From positions 32,001 through 96,000 of the forward strand of contig CAVVYR010000014.1 in assembly GCA_963752475.1 (NCBI GenBank): a DNA stretch of 64,000 bases, in the 5' to 3' direction. Position numbers and translations under genes: made by a program. Below, piece by piece: positions 18,179 to 30,038 of this stretch; position 1 is the first letter of the stretch; every line of letters starts with the position of its first letter. The notes beneath the pieces are model-generated. The model made no database searches and had not been told where the DNA came from. It worked only from the letters and a program-made list of their open reading frames with translations. Source of the stretch: an uncultured Chloroflexia bacterium (GTDB lineage Bacteria; Chloroflexota; Limnocylindria; Limnocylindrales; CSP1-4).

Positions 18179-20942
18179 CTAATCCTCGAGTCGTTCGCGT
18201 AGCCTCTCGAGCGCCGTCTGGAGGCCACGGGGTTCGGGCACCTTGCCCTGGGCCATGCCGGCCTTGCCCCCGCCCTTGCCTCCGGCCTCGGAGACCGCAT
18301 CCTTGACCAGCTCGCCGGCGTCCACGCCCTGCTCGATGAGGTCGTCGCTGACGGTCACGAACAGCTGGGGTTTCTCCGGATCATCGAGGCCAGCGGCGAT
18401 GACGCCGCTCTTGAGCGAGGAGCGGACCTCCTTGGCCCAGGCGCGCAGCTCTTCCATCGAGCGGAAGCCGCCCATCATCGAGACGAGGGCGCCCCGCTGC
18501 AGGACCTCGGCCGTCTTCGCCGCCGCCTGCGCCGTGGGCACCAGGCCCGTGGCCGGCCTGGCCTTCTTCTGCTCCTTGAGGGCCTCGATGCGCGTGACCA
18601 GCTGCTCCTGCGTCTGAGCGCCAGCCGCCGCCAGCGCCGCCTCCAACAGCGCGAAGCGCTCTTCGGTCAGCGCTTCGGCGGCCTCGCCGGTGACCGCTTC
18701 GATGCGGCGCATGCCGGAACCGATGGAGCGCTCGCCGGTGATGATGAAACCGCCGATCTGGCCGGTGGCACGACAGTGCGTGCCGCCGCAGAGCTCATGG
18801 CTGTAGTCCTCGATGCGGATGGTGCGCACCTGCTCGCCGTACTTCTCGTCGAAGAAGGCGTCGGCACCGGCGGCCTGGGCCTCGCCCATCGACATGAACT
18901 CGGGCGCTACCGGGCGGTCCTCGCGGACGATGCGCCGCACCTCGGCCTCGATGGCCGACCTCTCCTCCCGCGAGAGGCCGCGGTCGAAGGGATAGTCGAA
19001 GCGAAGGTAGTCGGGCGTGACCAGCGAGCCGGCCTGGCGGGCACCGTCTCCGAGCGTGTTGCGCAGCGCGCGGTGGAGCACGTGTGTGCCGGTGTGGTTG
19101 CGCATCGTGCGCGCTCGACGGTCGGCATCGACCTCCGCGGTCACCTCCTGCCGCCGGCTGACCTTGCCATGCAGCGTGCCGTCATGGACGATCAGACCCG
19201 ACACCGGGCGCTGCGTGTCCGTGACCGTGAAGACGATCTCACCCCGCTCGTCACGGAGGACGCCCTGGTCCCCGATCTGGCCACCGCCTTCGGCGTAGAA
19301 CGGCGTCTCGTCGAGCACGAGCTGGGCCGCCGCAGCGGCCTCGACGTGACCTTCGGCGTCCGGGCGGGCCTCGAGCTCGTCGTACTCGGTGCCGTCACGC
19401 ACGATGGCGCGGATGCGGCCCGGAGCGGCGGTGGTCTCGTAGCCCAGGAAGGTCGTATCGCCGACGCGCCGCTTGATGCCGTCGTAGAGCGCCGTCATCT
19501 CCGCCTGCTTGGCCAGGTCCTGCTTGGCTCCAGAGCGGCTGCGCTCGCGCTGCTCCTGCAGGGCCGCCTCGAAGCCGTCACGGTCGACGCGCACGCCGTA
19601 CTCGGCGGCGAGCTCGACGGTGAGGTCGATGGGGAAGCCGTAGGTGTCATGCAGCTTGAAGGCCGTGGCGCCAGGCAGGACCGGCGCACCCTCGGCTACG
19701 TCGTCGAGCTGACGGCCGACCACGCGCTCGGCGCTGGTCAGCGGGATGAGCGCCTCCTCGAGGTGGTTGGTGCCGGCGATGAGGGTGCGCGCGAACGCGC
19801 GCTCCTCGCGCACGATGCCGCCGATGATGGCGTCATGGCGCTCTCGCAGGATGGGGTAGGCCTGTTCCATGAGGTCGATGACGACCTGCGCGGTCTCGGC
19901 CAGGAACGGCTCGGTCCGGCCCATGAAGGCGGCCGTGGCGAACGGCGCGACGGACGATGCGTCGCAGGACGTAACCGCGCCCCTCGTTCGAGGGCATGAC
20001 GCCGTCGGCCAGCAGGAAGGTGATGGCGCGGCTGTGATCGGCGATGACCTGGTAGCTGAAGCGGTTGGCGTCGAAGGCCGCCTGGTCGTGACCGAGCAGC
20101 TCGCGCATCTTCTCCATGATCGGCAGGAAGAGGTCGGTGTCGTAGTTGGTGGGCACGCCCTGCAGGACGGACGCGAGGCGCTCCAGGCCCATGCCCGTGT
20201 CGACCGACTTGAAGGGCAGCTCGGTGCGCGGGCCTTCGAACGGCTGGTCGAACTCCATGAAGACGAGGTTCCAGATCTCCAGCCAGCGCGGGCAGGTCTC
20301 GGTGTGGTCGGGCACACAGCCGGGGCCTTCGGAGAACTCGAGGCCGCGGTCGAAGTGGATCTCGCTGTTGGGACCGCAGGGGCCGGTGTCGGCCATGCGC
20401 CAGAAGTTGTGGTCGTCACCGTTGTCGACATCGCCCCAGCGGGCCATGCGCTCGGGCGGCAGGCCGATCTCATCACGCCAGATGGCCCACGACTCCTCGT
20501 CATCGGTGTAGGTCGTGGCGGCCAGACGATCGGCCGGGATGCCCAGGTCCTGGGTCAGGAACTCCCAGGCCCAGTGGATGGCCTCTCGCTTGAAGTAGTC
20601 CCCGAAGGACCAGCTGCCAAGCATCTCGAACAGCGTGTGGTGCCGGGGCGTACGCCCGACCTCCTCGAAGTCGTTGTGCTTGCCGGCGACGCGCAGGCAG
20701 CGCTGGGAGTCGACCGCGCGCGAGTACGAGCGCTTCTCGACGCCGCGGAAGACGTCCTTGAACTGGACCATGCCGCTGTTGGTGAAGAGCAGCGTCTGGT
20801 CACCGGCAGGCACGAGGCTGGCGCTGGGCACGACCTCATGGCCACGCTCCTCGAAGAAGCGCAGGAAGCGGGCGCGGATCTCGTCTGCGGACAGGGGTTG
20901 CATCGGGGCGCCGCTCACGTCCCGGTTCTCGGTCTCTGGCAT
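18179..20942 (-). CDS. alaS: Alanine--tRNA ligase, split by one +1 frameshift near 19926 (probable sequence error)
   Basis: N-half in ORF 19833..21020 ([30 protein letters not shown]). C-half in ORF 18179..20503 ([38 protein letters not shown]). Span is 2764 nt = 3n+1. Start at ATG 20942 (leaderless) or 20903. Confidence 0.95.
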
Positions 20943-20949
20943 CTCCGCG

Positions 20950-20955
20950 AGTGTA
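20950..20955 (-). promoter_or_regulatory. Putative -10 box (TACACT) of a leaderless alaS transcript
   Basis: TACACT lies 7 nt before ATG 20942; its 14-nt context is identical to that upstream of relA. Confidence 0.6.
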
Positions 20956-21082
20956 GCGAACCGCCAGTGAGCGTATCCGAGCCTCGTCGGTGCCGGGTCC
21001 GTCAACGTGTGTGAAGGCATCGGGTGAAGTTCTCTTCAGGGTCTGTCACAAGCATGCCCGCGGCCGATACCGTGCCCAGGTC

Positions 21083-22003
21083 GTGCTTGTCGTCAACCCT
21101 CGTGGGGTCCCTCGCCTGCTCTCCCTGGTCCTAGCCGGTCTCTTCGTCGGCTCCGCGTGTTCCGTCGTTGCCTCGGACCTGGCCGTGGTGCCGGAGGCGC
21201 CTCAGCCTCCCGCGCTGGTCCGCGACGCGGTCGCCACGCCCACCGCGGCCCCGGTCGTCACACCTGAGCCGGTGGTGATACCCGAGCCGCCCGCTCGGGT
21301 CAAGGACGAGACTGAGGGCAAGAAGAAGGCCAAGGCGGACGCGAAGGTCGTGAAGCTGAAGCCGCGACCAAAGGCCGGTCCTTTCGAGATGAACCTCTTC
21401 ACGAAGGGGGACTTCATGCACCAGGCGACTAAGGACATGTGTGTGGCCGGATCGACGCAGATCATGATGAACGTCATCGACCGCGGGAAGCCCAATCGCT
21501 CGGTGGCCTTCCAGGAGAACCTCTACTCGCGCGGCCGTGAGCTGTCACCGAACAAGTCCAAGCTCGGGCCTATCGGTGTCGATCTCACGGGCTGGGCGGA
21601 GCTGCTCAACACCAAGGGCTACGGGCCGTACGAGGTCGAGTCGGCGGAGACGCGTCGTGGCGCCATCCGCAAGGCGGCCAAGGCCATCCGCCTGACCGGT
21701 CGACCCGTGGGGCTGGTGGTCTGGCGAGGTGCGCACTCTTGGGTCATGACCGGTTTCACATCGACCGCCGATCCGGCCTACGACAACCAGTTCATGGTCA
21801 AGGCGGCCTATATCCAGGACACCTGGTATCCGTCGGTGAGCACCATCTGGGGCGCCTCGAACCCGCCCGACACGCTCGTGCCCGTGGCCAAGCTGAAGGA
21901 GGACTACCTCCCCTACCAGCGTCCGCGCGCCCGCTATCCCAAGCGGGACGGCAAGTTCATGCTCATCCTGCCGGTGCTGCCCAGGAACACGGTCGCTCGC
22001 TAG
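21083..22003 (+). CDS. Exported/lipoprotein with C39-like papain-fold peptidase domain
   Basis: Hydrophobic signal ending GSAC (possible lipobox), Pro/Lys-rich linker, HQATKDMCVAGS (Q...C), GAHSWVMTG (H), IQDTW (D). Start approximate. Confidence 0.55.
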   Translation: MLVVNPRGVPRLLSLVLAGLFVGSACSVVASDLAVVPEAPQPPALVRDAVATPTAAPVVTPEPVVIPEPPARVKDETEGKKKAKADAKVVKLKPRPKAGPFEMNLFTKGDFMHQATKDMCVAGSTQIMMNVIDRGKPNRSVAFQENLYSRGRELSPNKSKLGPIGVDLTGWAELLNTKGYGPYEVESAETRRGAIRKAAKAIRLTGRPVGLVVWRGAHSWVMTGFTSTADPAYDNQFMVKAAYIQDTWYPSVSTIWGASNPPDTLVPVAKLKEDYLPYQRPRARYPKRDGKFMLILPVLPRNTVAR

Positions 22004-22075
22004 GCCCAGCCTCCGGGCGTCGATGCGGGTTCGGTGGTCCCGGCTCCGCCGCCGGCGTCTCCCGAGCCTGCCACA

Positions 22076-24417
22076 TCACTCCCCGGTGGGCTTTGCTCGC
22101 AGGACGCTGGGGAGTTCTTCCTCTGGCGCGGCCTCTTCGGCTTCAGGCGTATCGCCCGAGGCGTAGAGCTCCTTGGCCCGGTCCATCCACTCGTGGATCT
22201 TGCGGTTGACCTCAGGTGCGCCGACGAGGTCGACGGTCTTGTCTTGCGTGGCGAAGGCCGCCGGGTACATCACGAAGGCCTTGGTCTGCATGCCGCCGAG
22301 TCCGCCGTGGGAACCGACCTGATGCTCGAAGGGTGCGACCTCCTCGGTGGAGGGGTCGTACATGCTGATGATGAAGATGTCACCGATGTGCTCGTAGGAG
22401 TCGAGCTCGCGCAGGTTGGCCGGCGTGTGCTCGCTGTACCAGCGCAGCGGGTCCTCCCCTTCGACCTCGTCGGTATCGAGGTTGCGCACGCCGTCGCGGC
22501 TGATGACCAGCGCGCCGTGCTCCTCGGAGCGGACCATGATGAAGCCGATGCCCTGGTGGCGCACGAGGCCCGGCATGCAGCTCGGGGTGCAGCTGGGCGA
22601 TGCCCTCGAGGCTGACGCGCTCGACGGATCTCGGTGAAGTAGATGTTGGCGAGGTTGCCGACTGGCGGCCACGACGAGGTCGGGGATCTCGTCCTCGTCC
22701 TTCGCCGGCGCCCTTGCACCTCGGGCTGCGTCGTTGACGTGCACCACGCCATCCTCGGACTCGCTGCGCAGGGCGCGGCTGACGATCCGTCCCGATGCGT
22801 GCCCGGCGTGCGGCTGGCCTCGGTCAGGAACGTGTTCACCGGAGCCCCAGCCCTCGACGTCGTTGGTGGCGTCGAGCGACGAGACGTCACCCTCCATGAG
22901 GCGAGCGCACGAGCTCTTCGAGGCCGATGCCGTAGCGGTCCTCGAACGGTGCGCCCTGGGTCTGGCCGTGATCGGAGACGAGGATGAAGTGGTACGGACG
23001 CGGCGCATCCTCGGCGGCTCGGCTGAGCGAGCGCATCATGCGGTCGACGCGGTCGAGCTGCTGCATCGATTTCGGGCCGCTCGGGCCCGGCGTGGTGAGC
23101 GACCTCGTCGTAGCCGAGGTAGTCGGCGTAGATGACGGGCGTGCCGCGGCCCATCTCGCCGATGATGAGGTCGACCACCATGTCGCGCATGATCGTGGTG
23201 GTGCTGGCCTTGAGGAACGGGAAGGGCATGCCGCGACTGATGCGCGGCTTCACGTCACGGACGCGCTGCCGACGCGCCTGGAAGTACTCGGTGATGACCG
23301 CCGTCACGAACTGGGCGATGCCACGGGTGAGGTTGTAGGGGTTGTAGAGGAACATGCTGAACGACTTCATCTGCAGCCCCTGGCCCTGCTTGCGCCAGCT
23401 GGGAGTTCGTGGCGATGGCACGCGTGGCCCCACCGGACACGAGGTTGCTGATGCTGGCACCACCATCGCGCAGCAGATCGCGTTCGTTGCTGGCATCGTC
23501 GCTCGATCTCGAAGGCGTCCTCGGGATGGTTCGAGACCATGAGGTAGTTGCGTTCCTTCTCCCACCAGCGGAAGGCCGGGATGCCCGGCTGCACGCCGTG
23601 GAGGATGCCCACCTGGCCGGCGGATGGTCATCGAGGGCGCGAGGGCCTCGTACTTGCCCAGGCGGTGCGTGCCCTCGCTCAGCCAGTCGTTGAGGAAGGG
23701 CATGTAGCCGGTGCGCAGAGCGTCGCGCAGGATGGGCTCCGCGAGGCCGTCGATCTGGAGGATGACGAAACCCGGGCCCGGGCCGATCATCGGTGTCGCC
23801 GCCGACACGCGGGCCATGCGCTTCATCGAGTGGCGGAAGAACGACTCGTCCTCGTCGAGGCCGATGATGGCCACGAGCACGGTGTTGATGGCGGCGATGA
23901 GGATCGACGCGACGAAGGCGAAGAAGAAGCCGTCGATGGCGATGCCGTCGACGACCCAGCTGGCGCCGAGCAGCGTCAGGCCCATGAAGACGACCGTCAG
24001 CACGCCGGTGACGATGACGTTGTTGATGCCGAGCGCCACGAACACGACCGGCCGCAGGACGAACGTGATGACACCGGCCACGAGCGTCACCAGCGCCGCC
24101 GTCGCGACGTTCTCCCAGAGCCCGCCACTGAAGGTGATGCTGTTCATCAGCTGGGCCACGATCAGCAGCGCGATGGTGTTGACGATGAGCACGGCAAGGC
24201 CGCGCATCATCAGGTGGCGCTTGCCGCGCGGCCAGTTCATGGCCGTGTCGTACTCGTCCTTCCAGACCGAAGCGATGCGATGGAAGAGCCCGGGCTTCTG
24301 CGGCTTGGTTCCCAGACGCTCTTCGAACTCGGAGCGTTCGAGCTCAGGGCTCTCGTCGGGTTCAGGTTCCTGCGGCGAGGTGGTCGTGGGGTCGGTCAAG
24401 TTCGGCGAGTCGCTCAT
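22076..24417 (-). CDS. Phage-holin-family (4-TM) membrane domain fused to an alkaline-phosphatase/nucleotide-pyrophosphatase-superfamily domain; multiple frameshifts in the supplied sequence
   Basis: Four TMs, then ILQIDGL, PSMT(S), GILHG...IPAFRWWEK, YADYLGYDEVAHHAGP, LVSDHGQTQG, ASGNL, FEHQVGSHGGLGG. These motifs are spread over alternating frames between ~22570 and ~23630. Confidence 0.8.
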
Positions 24418-24580
24418 GACCAGACAGTATGCGTGCAGCGGTCGGGCGCCGGCAATGCGGTTCCGGGATCCGTCGGCGCGGGGGTTGAGGATGGGCCCCC
24501 GCCGGCAGCATCGTCGGGTGCGTCCTGGAGCCGCTTGGGGATGAGGGCTCCTCGTCCGAGCAGGTAGTCTAGCCGGACCC

Positions 24581-25384
24581 ATGGAACTGCTGACCGAGAT
24601 CCTCGCGTGGGCGACGAGCCTGATCGATTCGCTCGCCGACCTGGTCACCGACTCGCCCATCACCTACCTGATCATCCTGGCCATGGCAGCGGTCGACGTG
24701 ATCGCCCCGATCATCCCGGCCGAGGCCACGGTCACGGCTGCTTCCGTGCTCGCGGGCCAGGGCAAGCTCAACATCGTGTGGGTCATGGTCGCCGCGGGAC
24801 TGGGCGCGTTCGTCGGCGACAACGTCGCCTACTGGATCGGGCGGGCCGCCGGGCGCCCGCTGGTGGAGAAGGTCCTGCGTGGCAACACCGAGCAGCTCGA
24901 CAAGGTGCAGGAGCAGTTCGACAAACGCGGCGGGACCTTCGTCATCATCGGGCGCTTCGTGCCTGGGGGTCGCACGGCCGTCGCGATCGGTGCGGGCATC
25001 CTGCACTTCAGCTGGGCGCGGTTCCTGGTCTACGACGCTATCGCCGCGGTCATCTGGGCCTTTCAGGCCGCGATCCCCGGCTACATCGGTGGCTCACTCA
25101 TCCAGGATCGCCCGTGGCTGGCGATGGTCTTCGGCTTCGCGCTCTCCGCGCTGTTGGCAGGAGGCATCGCGCTCTTCCAGCGTTGGTGGGACCGCCGCAA
25201 GCGTGTTCCCGTCGAGGTCCCGATCCAGCCGGCCGTCGTCGGCATCGGTGGCGTGGATGCCAAGATCGCTGCCAAGGTCGGGCCGGGTCCAGCGTCTCGT
25301 GAAGACACTGACGCCGAGCCTGCGGAGGCGCAGCAGGAACGGGAAGCGTCTGAGGCAGACGGGGACGAGGCCCCGACGAGTTGA
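24581..25384 (+). CDS. DedA/VTT-domain membrane protein
   Basis: IIPAEAT, GAFVGDNVAYWIGR, GRFVPGGR, AG...WARFLVYD. Confidence 0.92.
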   Translation: MELLTEILAWATSLIDSLADLVTDSPITYLIILAMAAVDVIAPIIPAEATVTAASVLAGQGKLNIVWVMVAAGLGAFVGDNVAYWIGRAAGRPLVEKVLRGNTEQLDKVQEQFDKRGGTFVIIGRFVPGGRTAVAIGAGILHFSWARFLVYDAIAAVIWAFQAAIPGYIGGSLIQDRPWLAMVFGFALSALLAGGIALFQRWWDRRKRVPVEVPIQPAVVGIGGVDAKIAAKVGPGPASREDTDAEPAEAQQEREASEADGDEAPTS

Positions 25385-25717
25385 TCAGCGGCGAGGCCGG
25401 ATCTCACCGGGCTCGTCGGTCGTGCCCTCGGGTCGCCGGGTCGCCAGCGTGCTCACCACGATGGCCATGCCGATGCCGACCCAGGCCATGAGCGAGGCCC
25501 ACAGCACGCTGTAGTCGCCGATGTACAACAGGTCGCCGGTGCGTGCGCCGATGGCCTGCCCGACGAGCGCGCCGAGCACGCCGCCGACGAAGAGGCCGGG
25601 GATGTGCCAGCCGAGGTTTCCCCGCACGAAGATGTAGACGAACGTGTGGAAGGCACCCACGAACAGCGAGAGCACGAAGGCCGGCTCGAGCACGAAGGTG
25701 GCAAGACCGCCCTCCAT
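25385..25717 (-). CDS. Small hypothetical membrane protein (3 TM, GlsB/YeaQ-like)
   Basis: Hydrophobic Gly-rich helices (VGGVLGALVGQAIG); 9 nt downstream of mnmA, with SD GGAG. Confidence 0.7.
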   Translation of the reverse strand: MEGGLATFVLEPAFVLSLFVGAFHTFVYIFVRGNLGWHIPGLFVGGVLGALVGQAIGARTGDLLYIGDYSVLWASLMAWVGIGMAIVVSTLATRRPEGTTDEPGEIRPRR

Positions 25718-25726
25718 GGCTCCGCC

Positions 25727-26836
25727 CTACGCAGCCGCGGGCTGATCGATGCGCCCGCCGCCGATGACCGCGTCGTCCTCGTCGTAGAAGACCGCGGCCT
25801 GACCCGGCGCCGGGGCCCAGGCGGCCTCATCGAGGTCGACGATCCAGGCATCGGGCGCGGTGGGCCGGATCTCACCAGCCACGAGCTCGGCGCGATGGCG
25901 GATGCGCACTCGTGCACGGAAGGCACCCTGGGGCGGAGCGTCGATGAACGAGACCTCGGTCACGCCGAAGCTGCGGCGGTAGAGGTCCTCGCGACGGCCG
26001 AGCGTGACAAGGTTGCTGGCAGGATCGATGTCCGCGACGTATTGCCGCTCACCAAGGGCCACACCGAGTCCGGAGCGCTGGCCCACGGTGTATGCCGGCG
26101 CCCCCATGTGCTCTCCGACGGTCGCGCCATCGGCGTCGACCAGCGGGCCCGGGGTCGGCTGCCAGCCGGTGCGCTGCTGGAGCTCGTTGCGATAGTCACC
26201 ATCGCGAACGAAGCAGATCTCCTGGCTCTCGGGCTTGTCGGCGGTGATGAGCCCGTACCGTCGAGCGACCTCTCGAGCCTCCGGCTTGGTCAGCTCGCCC
26301 AATGGGAAGCGCGTATGCGCCAGCTGCTCCTGGCTGAGGCCGTAGAGGAAGTAGGTCTGGTCCTTCTGCTCGTCCACGCCGGTCATGAGCCGGTAGCGCA
26401 CGCCGTCGGGCGCGGTCGGGTCGGCGGTCTCGAGGATCCGAGCGTAGTGGCCGGTGGCCACAGCTTCGCAATCGTAGAGATGGCGAGCCCGGCCGAGGAG
26501 GGCTCCGAACTTGACCAGTGAGTTGCACTCCACGCAGGGGCTGGGCGTGCGTCCATCGAGATAGGCCGCGAAGAACGGCTCCATCACGCCGGCCGCGAAC
26601 TCGCGCTCGAGGTTGAGCACGTAGAACGGGATACCCAACTGGGCGGCGACGCGTCGGGCGTCTTCCGCGGCATCGAGCGAGCAGCAGGAGCGGTTGCTGG
26701 CGCTGTAGGTGTCGGCAGCGTCGTGCAGGCGCATCCATACGCCCACGACCTCGTGACCCTGCTCCACCAGCAGCGCCGCTGCAGCCGAGGAGTCGACGCC
26801 TCCGGACATGGCCGCGAGGATGCGCCGACGGGTCAT
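25727..26836 (-). CDS. mnmA: tRNA-specific 2-thiouridylase MnmA
   Basis: [58 protein letters not shown]. Confidence 0.97.
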   Translation of the reverse strand: MTRRRILAAMSGGVDSSAAAALLVEQGHEVVGVWMRLHDAADTYSASNRSCCSLDAAEDARRVAAQLGIPFYVLNLEREFAAGVMEPFFAAYLDGRTPSPCVECNSLVKFGALLGRARHLYDCEAVATGHYARILETADPTAPDGVRYRLMTGVDEQKDQTYFLYGLSQEQLAHTRFPLGELTKPEAREVARRYGLITADKPESQEICFVRDGDYRNELQQRTGWQPTPGPLVDADGATVGEHMGAPAYTVGQRSGLGVALGERQYVADIDPASNLVTLGRREDLYRRSFGVTEVSFIDAPPQGAFRARVRIRHRAELVAGEIRPTAPDAWIVDLDEAAWAPAPGQAAVFYDEDDAVIGGGRIDQPAAA

Positions 26837-28011
26837 GCCGCGGGCTCCCCTGCCCCGTCCTCGAGACGGGCGGTACCCTCGCGCAGCCGCTCGACGATCG
26901 GCGGCAGGGCGTCACAGATGGCGTCGATGTCGTCGTCAGAGGTGGTGCGACCGAGCGAGAGGCGCAGCGAGCCGCGGGCCTCTGCCGGCGGGAAGCCCAT
27001 GGCGCTGAGAACGTGCGAGGGCTCGGTGGAGCCGCTGGTGCAAGCGCTACCCGTCGAACAGGCGATGCCTTCGAGATCGAGCCCGATGACGACGTCGTCA
27101 CCAGAGGCGTCGCGCACGATGACCGAGAGCGAGTTGGGCAGGCGGTCGGTGGGATGGCCGGTCGACTCGACACCATCGATGTCGAGCGCTGTCCGGGCGA
27201 GCACATCACGCTTGGCCCCGACCGCCGCTGGGACGGTGGGCCGCTCGGCGGCAGCCAGCTCGAAGGCGACGCCCATGCCCACCGCGCCGGCCACGTTCTC
27301 GGTGCCGGCGCGGCGGTAGCGTTCCTGGGCGCCACCGTGGACCTGGGGCAGGATGGCCGTACCTCGGCGGATCCAAAGGGCGCCGGTGCCCTTGGGCCCT
27401 TCGACCTTGTGGGCCGCGAACGAGACGAGATCAGCCCCGAGCGCTTCCACATCGACCGGCAGCCAGGCCGCAGCCTGCACGGCATCGACGTGGACCAGGG
27501 CCGCGGAGCCTGCTCGTGTGCGCTCGATCAGCTCGCCCAGCGGCTGGATGGTCCCGACCTCGTTGTTGGCCCATCCGAGGCTGACGAGGATGGTCTTCTC
27601 GGTCAGGGCCGCGGTGAGGTCGTCGGGATCGACGCGTCCGTAGCGGTCGACCGGCAGGCGCTTGACCTCGAAGCCGTACTTCTCCAGGAGCAGGCACGAC
27701 TCGAGCACGGCCTTGTGCTCGACCGCGGTGGTGATGATGCGGTGACCTTCCGCCTTGCCGGCCCAGGCGGCGCCCTTGACCGCGAGGTTGATGGCCTCGG
27801 TGCCGCCACCGGTGAAGACGAGGGCCCGTGGTTCGGCGCCGATCGAGGCGGCCAGCCGCTCGTGGGCTTCATCCATCGCGGCCCGGGCGCGACGGCCGGG
27901 CGCGTGGGGCGAGGACGGGTTCGCCTGGACGCCGCTCAGGTGCGGCAGCATCTGCTCCAGCACCTCGGGGCGCAGCGGGGCGGAAGCTGCGTAGTCAAGG
28001 TAGACGGTCAC
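26833..28011 (-). CDS. iscS: Cysteine desulfurase (IscS/NifS family), likely sulfur donor for MnmA
   Basis: [52 protein letters not shown]; ATGA overlap with mnmA; GTG start at 28011. Confidence 0.9.
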   Translation of the reverse strand: MTVYLDYAASAPLRPEVLEQMLPHLSGVQANPSSPHAPGRRARAAMDEAHERLAASIGAEPRALVFTGGGTEAINLAVKGAAWAGKAEGHRIITTAVEHKAVLESCLLLEKYGFEVKRLPVDRYGRVDPDDLTAALTEKTILVSLGWANNEVGTIQPLGELIERTRAGSAALVHVDAVQAAAWLPVDVEALGADLVSFAAHKVEGPKGTGALWIRRGTAILPQVHGGAQERYRRAGTENVAGAVGMGVAFELAAAERPTVPAAVGAKRDVLARTALDIDGVESTGHPTDRLPNSLSVIVRDASGDDVVIGLDLEGIACSTGSACTSGSTEPSHVLSAMGFPPAEARGSLRLSLGRTTSDDDIDAICDALPPIVERLREGTARLEDGAGEPAA

Positions 28012-28017
28012 GAGACG

Positions 28018-28023
28018 ATGATA
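28018..28023 (-). promoter_or_regulatory. Putative -10 box (TATCAT) of a leaderless iscS-mnmA transcript
   Basis: TATCAT lies 6 nt upstream of GTG 28011; no SD sequence. Confidence 0.55.
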
Positions 28024-28033
28024 CGGCGGGGTG

Positions 28034-29965
28034 TCAGGACGCCTCCGCAGCCTCCCGTTGCTTCGCGCGTCGGAGATCCTCCTCACGGCCGCGCTCCCGG
28101 CGGCGGTCGTGCACCGAGAGCAGCCGCTTGCGCAACCGGATCGATGCGGGCGTGATCTCGACCAGCTCGTCGGCCGCGATGAACTCGATGGCCGACTCCA
28201 GCGTCATCGGCGGGGGCGGTGTCAGGCGCAGCGCCTCGTCATGGCTGTGCGTGCGGATGTTGGTGAGCTTCTTCTCCTTCGTCGGGTTGACGTCCATGTC
28301 GCCCGGTCGGGAGTTCTCGCCCACGATCATGCCCTCGTACACGGTCACGCCCGAGCCGATGAAGAACTTGGCTCGATCCTGCAGGTTGAACAGCGCGTAG
28401 GCGTTGGAGGTGCCCGCACGATCGGCCACGAGCACGCCGCTGGTGCGATGCTCGACCTCGCCGGCCCACGGTCCGTAGCCGTCGCCGATCTGGTGCAGCA
28501 GCCCGGTGCCACGGGTCTCGGTCAGGAACTGGCCGCGGTAGCCGACGAGGCCGCGGGTGGGCATGATGGCCTCGATGCGCGTGCGGCCGTCGGCGTCGGT
28601 GGTCATCTGTTCCATGCGGGCGCGGCGGGCTGCCAGGGACGCCGTGACGGTGCCGATGTGGTCGGGCGGGATATCGATGCTCACGCGCTCGTAGGGCTCG
28701 TGGATCTCCTCGCCGACCATGTGCAGCAGCACCTCCGGACGGGAGACCTGGAGCTCGAAGCCCTCGCGGCGCATCTGCTCGATGAGCACGGCCAGCTGTA
28801 GTTCGCCACGGCCACGGACCTCGAAGGTCTCGGCCGACTCGGTGGGGCGGAACTCGATGCTCACGTTGCCCAGCACCTCGCGGTCCAGGCGGGCGCGGAT
28901 CTGGCGTGAGGTCAGGTACTTGCCCTCGCGCCCGGACAAGGGTGAGGTGTTGACGCCGAAGGTCATGCGCAACGTGGGCTCGTCCACGGTCAGGCGCGGC
29001 AACGGCCTCGCGTTACGTGGGTCGGTGATGGTGTCGCCGATGGTGATCTCGGGCAGGCCTGCCACGGCCACGATGTCGCCCGGACCAGCTTCGCTGATGT
29101 CGGCCAGCTCGATGCCCTCCGCGTGGGTGAGCGAGGTCACGGTGCCCTCCAGTCTGACCACACGCCCAGGCTCGACCGAGCCGTCCGGTGTCTCCTCCTC
29201 CTCGCGCAGGACCGTGATGCGTTGGCCCATGCGGACGTGACCGTTGCGCACTCGGCCGATGGCCATGCGGCCGACATAGTCGTTGGCCGCGAGGTTGGTG
29301 ACCAGCAGCTGCAGCGGATGGTCCGGCGTGTAGGTGGGCGGTGGCGTGTGCTCGACGAGCAGGTCGAGCAGCGGCCGCAGGTCCGTGCCGGGTTCCGCGA
29401 GGTCCATCGTGGCCGTGCCCAAGCGGGCGTTGGTGTAGACGATGGGGAAATCGATCTGGTGCTCGTCCGCGCCGAGGTCCATGAACAGCTCATAGACCTC
29501 ATCGACCACAGCGGCCGCGCGAGCGTCGCCGCGGTCGATCTTGTTGATGGCCACGATGACCGGCAGCCGGCGCTCCATGGCCTTCTGCAGCACGTAGCGC
29601 GTCTGCGGCAGCGGACCCTCTGCCGCGTCGACGAGCAGCAGCACGGAGTCGACCATGAGTAGGCTTCGTTCCACCTCGCCACCGAAGTCGGCGTGACCGG
29701 GTGTGTCCACGATGTTGAGTCGGATGCCGCCATAGTTGATGCCGGTCTGCTTGGCCAGGATGGTGATGCCGCGCTCGCGCTCCAGGTCCATCGAGTCCAT
29801 CACGCGGTCGGCCACGACCTGGTCTTCGCGGAAGGCGCCGGACTGGCGCAGCATCGCGTCGACCAGGGTGGTCTTGCCATGGTCGACATGGGCCACGATG
29901 GCGATATCACGCATGTCGTCGCGGACAGCGTCGGTGGGCATGGTTGGTGAGGGGGTCGTGGTCAT
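28034..29965 (-). CDS. typA: Translational GTPase TypA/BipA
   Basis: [61 protein letters not shown]. Confidence 0.97.
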   Translation of the reverse strand: MTTTPSPTMPTDAVRDDMRDIAIVAHVDHGKTTLVDAMLRQSGAFREDQVVADRVMDSMDLERERGITILAKQTGINYGGIRLNIVDTPGHADFGGEVERSLLMVDSVLLLVDAAEGPLPQTRYVLQKAMERRLPVIVAINKIDRGDARAAAVVDEVYELFMDLGADEHQIDFPIVYTNARLGTATMDLAEPGTDLRPLLDLLVEHTPPPTYTPDHPLQLLVTNLAANDYVGRMAIGRVRNGHVRMGQRITVLREEEETPDGSVEPGRVVRLEGTVTSLTHAEGIELADISEAGPGDIVAVAGLPEITIGDTITDPRNARPLPRLTVDEPTLRMTFGVNTSPLSGREGKYLTSRQIRARLDREVLGNVSIEFRPTESAETFEVRGRGELQLAVLIEQMRREGFELQVSRPEVLLHMVGEEIHEPYERVSIDIPPDHIGTVTASLAARRARMEQMTTDADGRTRIEAIMPTRGLVGYRGQFLTETRGTGLLHQIGDGYGPWAGEVEHRTSGVLVADRAGTSNAYALFNLQDRAKFFIGSGVTVYEGMIVGENSRPGDMDVNPTKEKKLTNIRTHSHDEALRLTPPPPMTLESAIEFIAADELVEITPASIRLRKRLLSVHDRRRERGREEDLRRAKQREAAEAS

Positions 29966-30038
29966 GGGAGCATCGATTGTCGCATGCGCTCCAGATTCGG
30001 CCTGACGCGTAACCGTCGCGGCCACGTATCCTGACGAC

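Noticed and set aside
18179-21020. Naturally split AlaRS or programmed frameshifting
   Set aside because: There is no slippery site, stimulatory structure or RBS for the second half. It matches the insertion-type errors seen at three other loci.
15379-24417. Prophage remnant suggested by the baseplate-J-like and holin-like domains
   Set aside because: There are no capsid, terminase, tail, sheath or lysin genes. Both domains are fused into membrane proteins among core genes.
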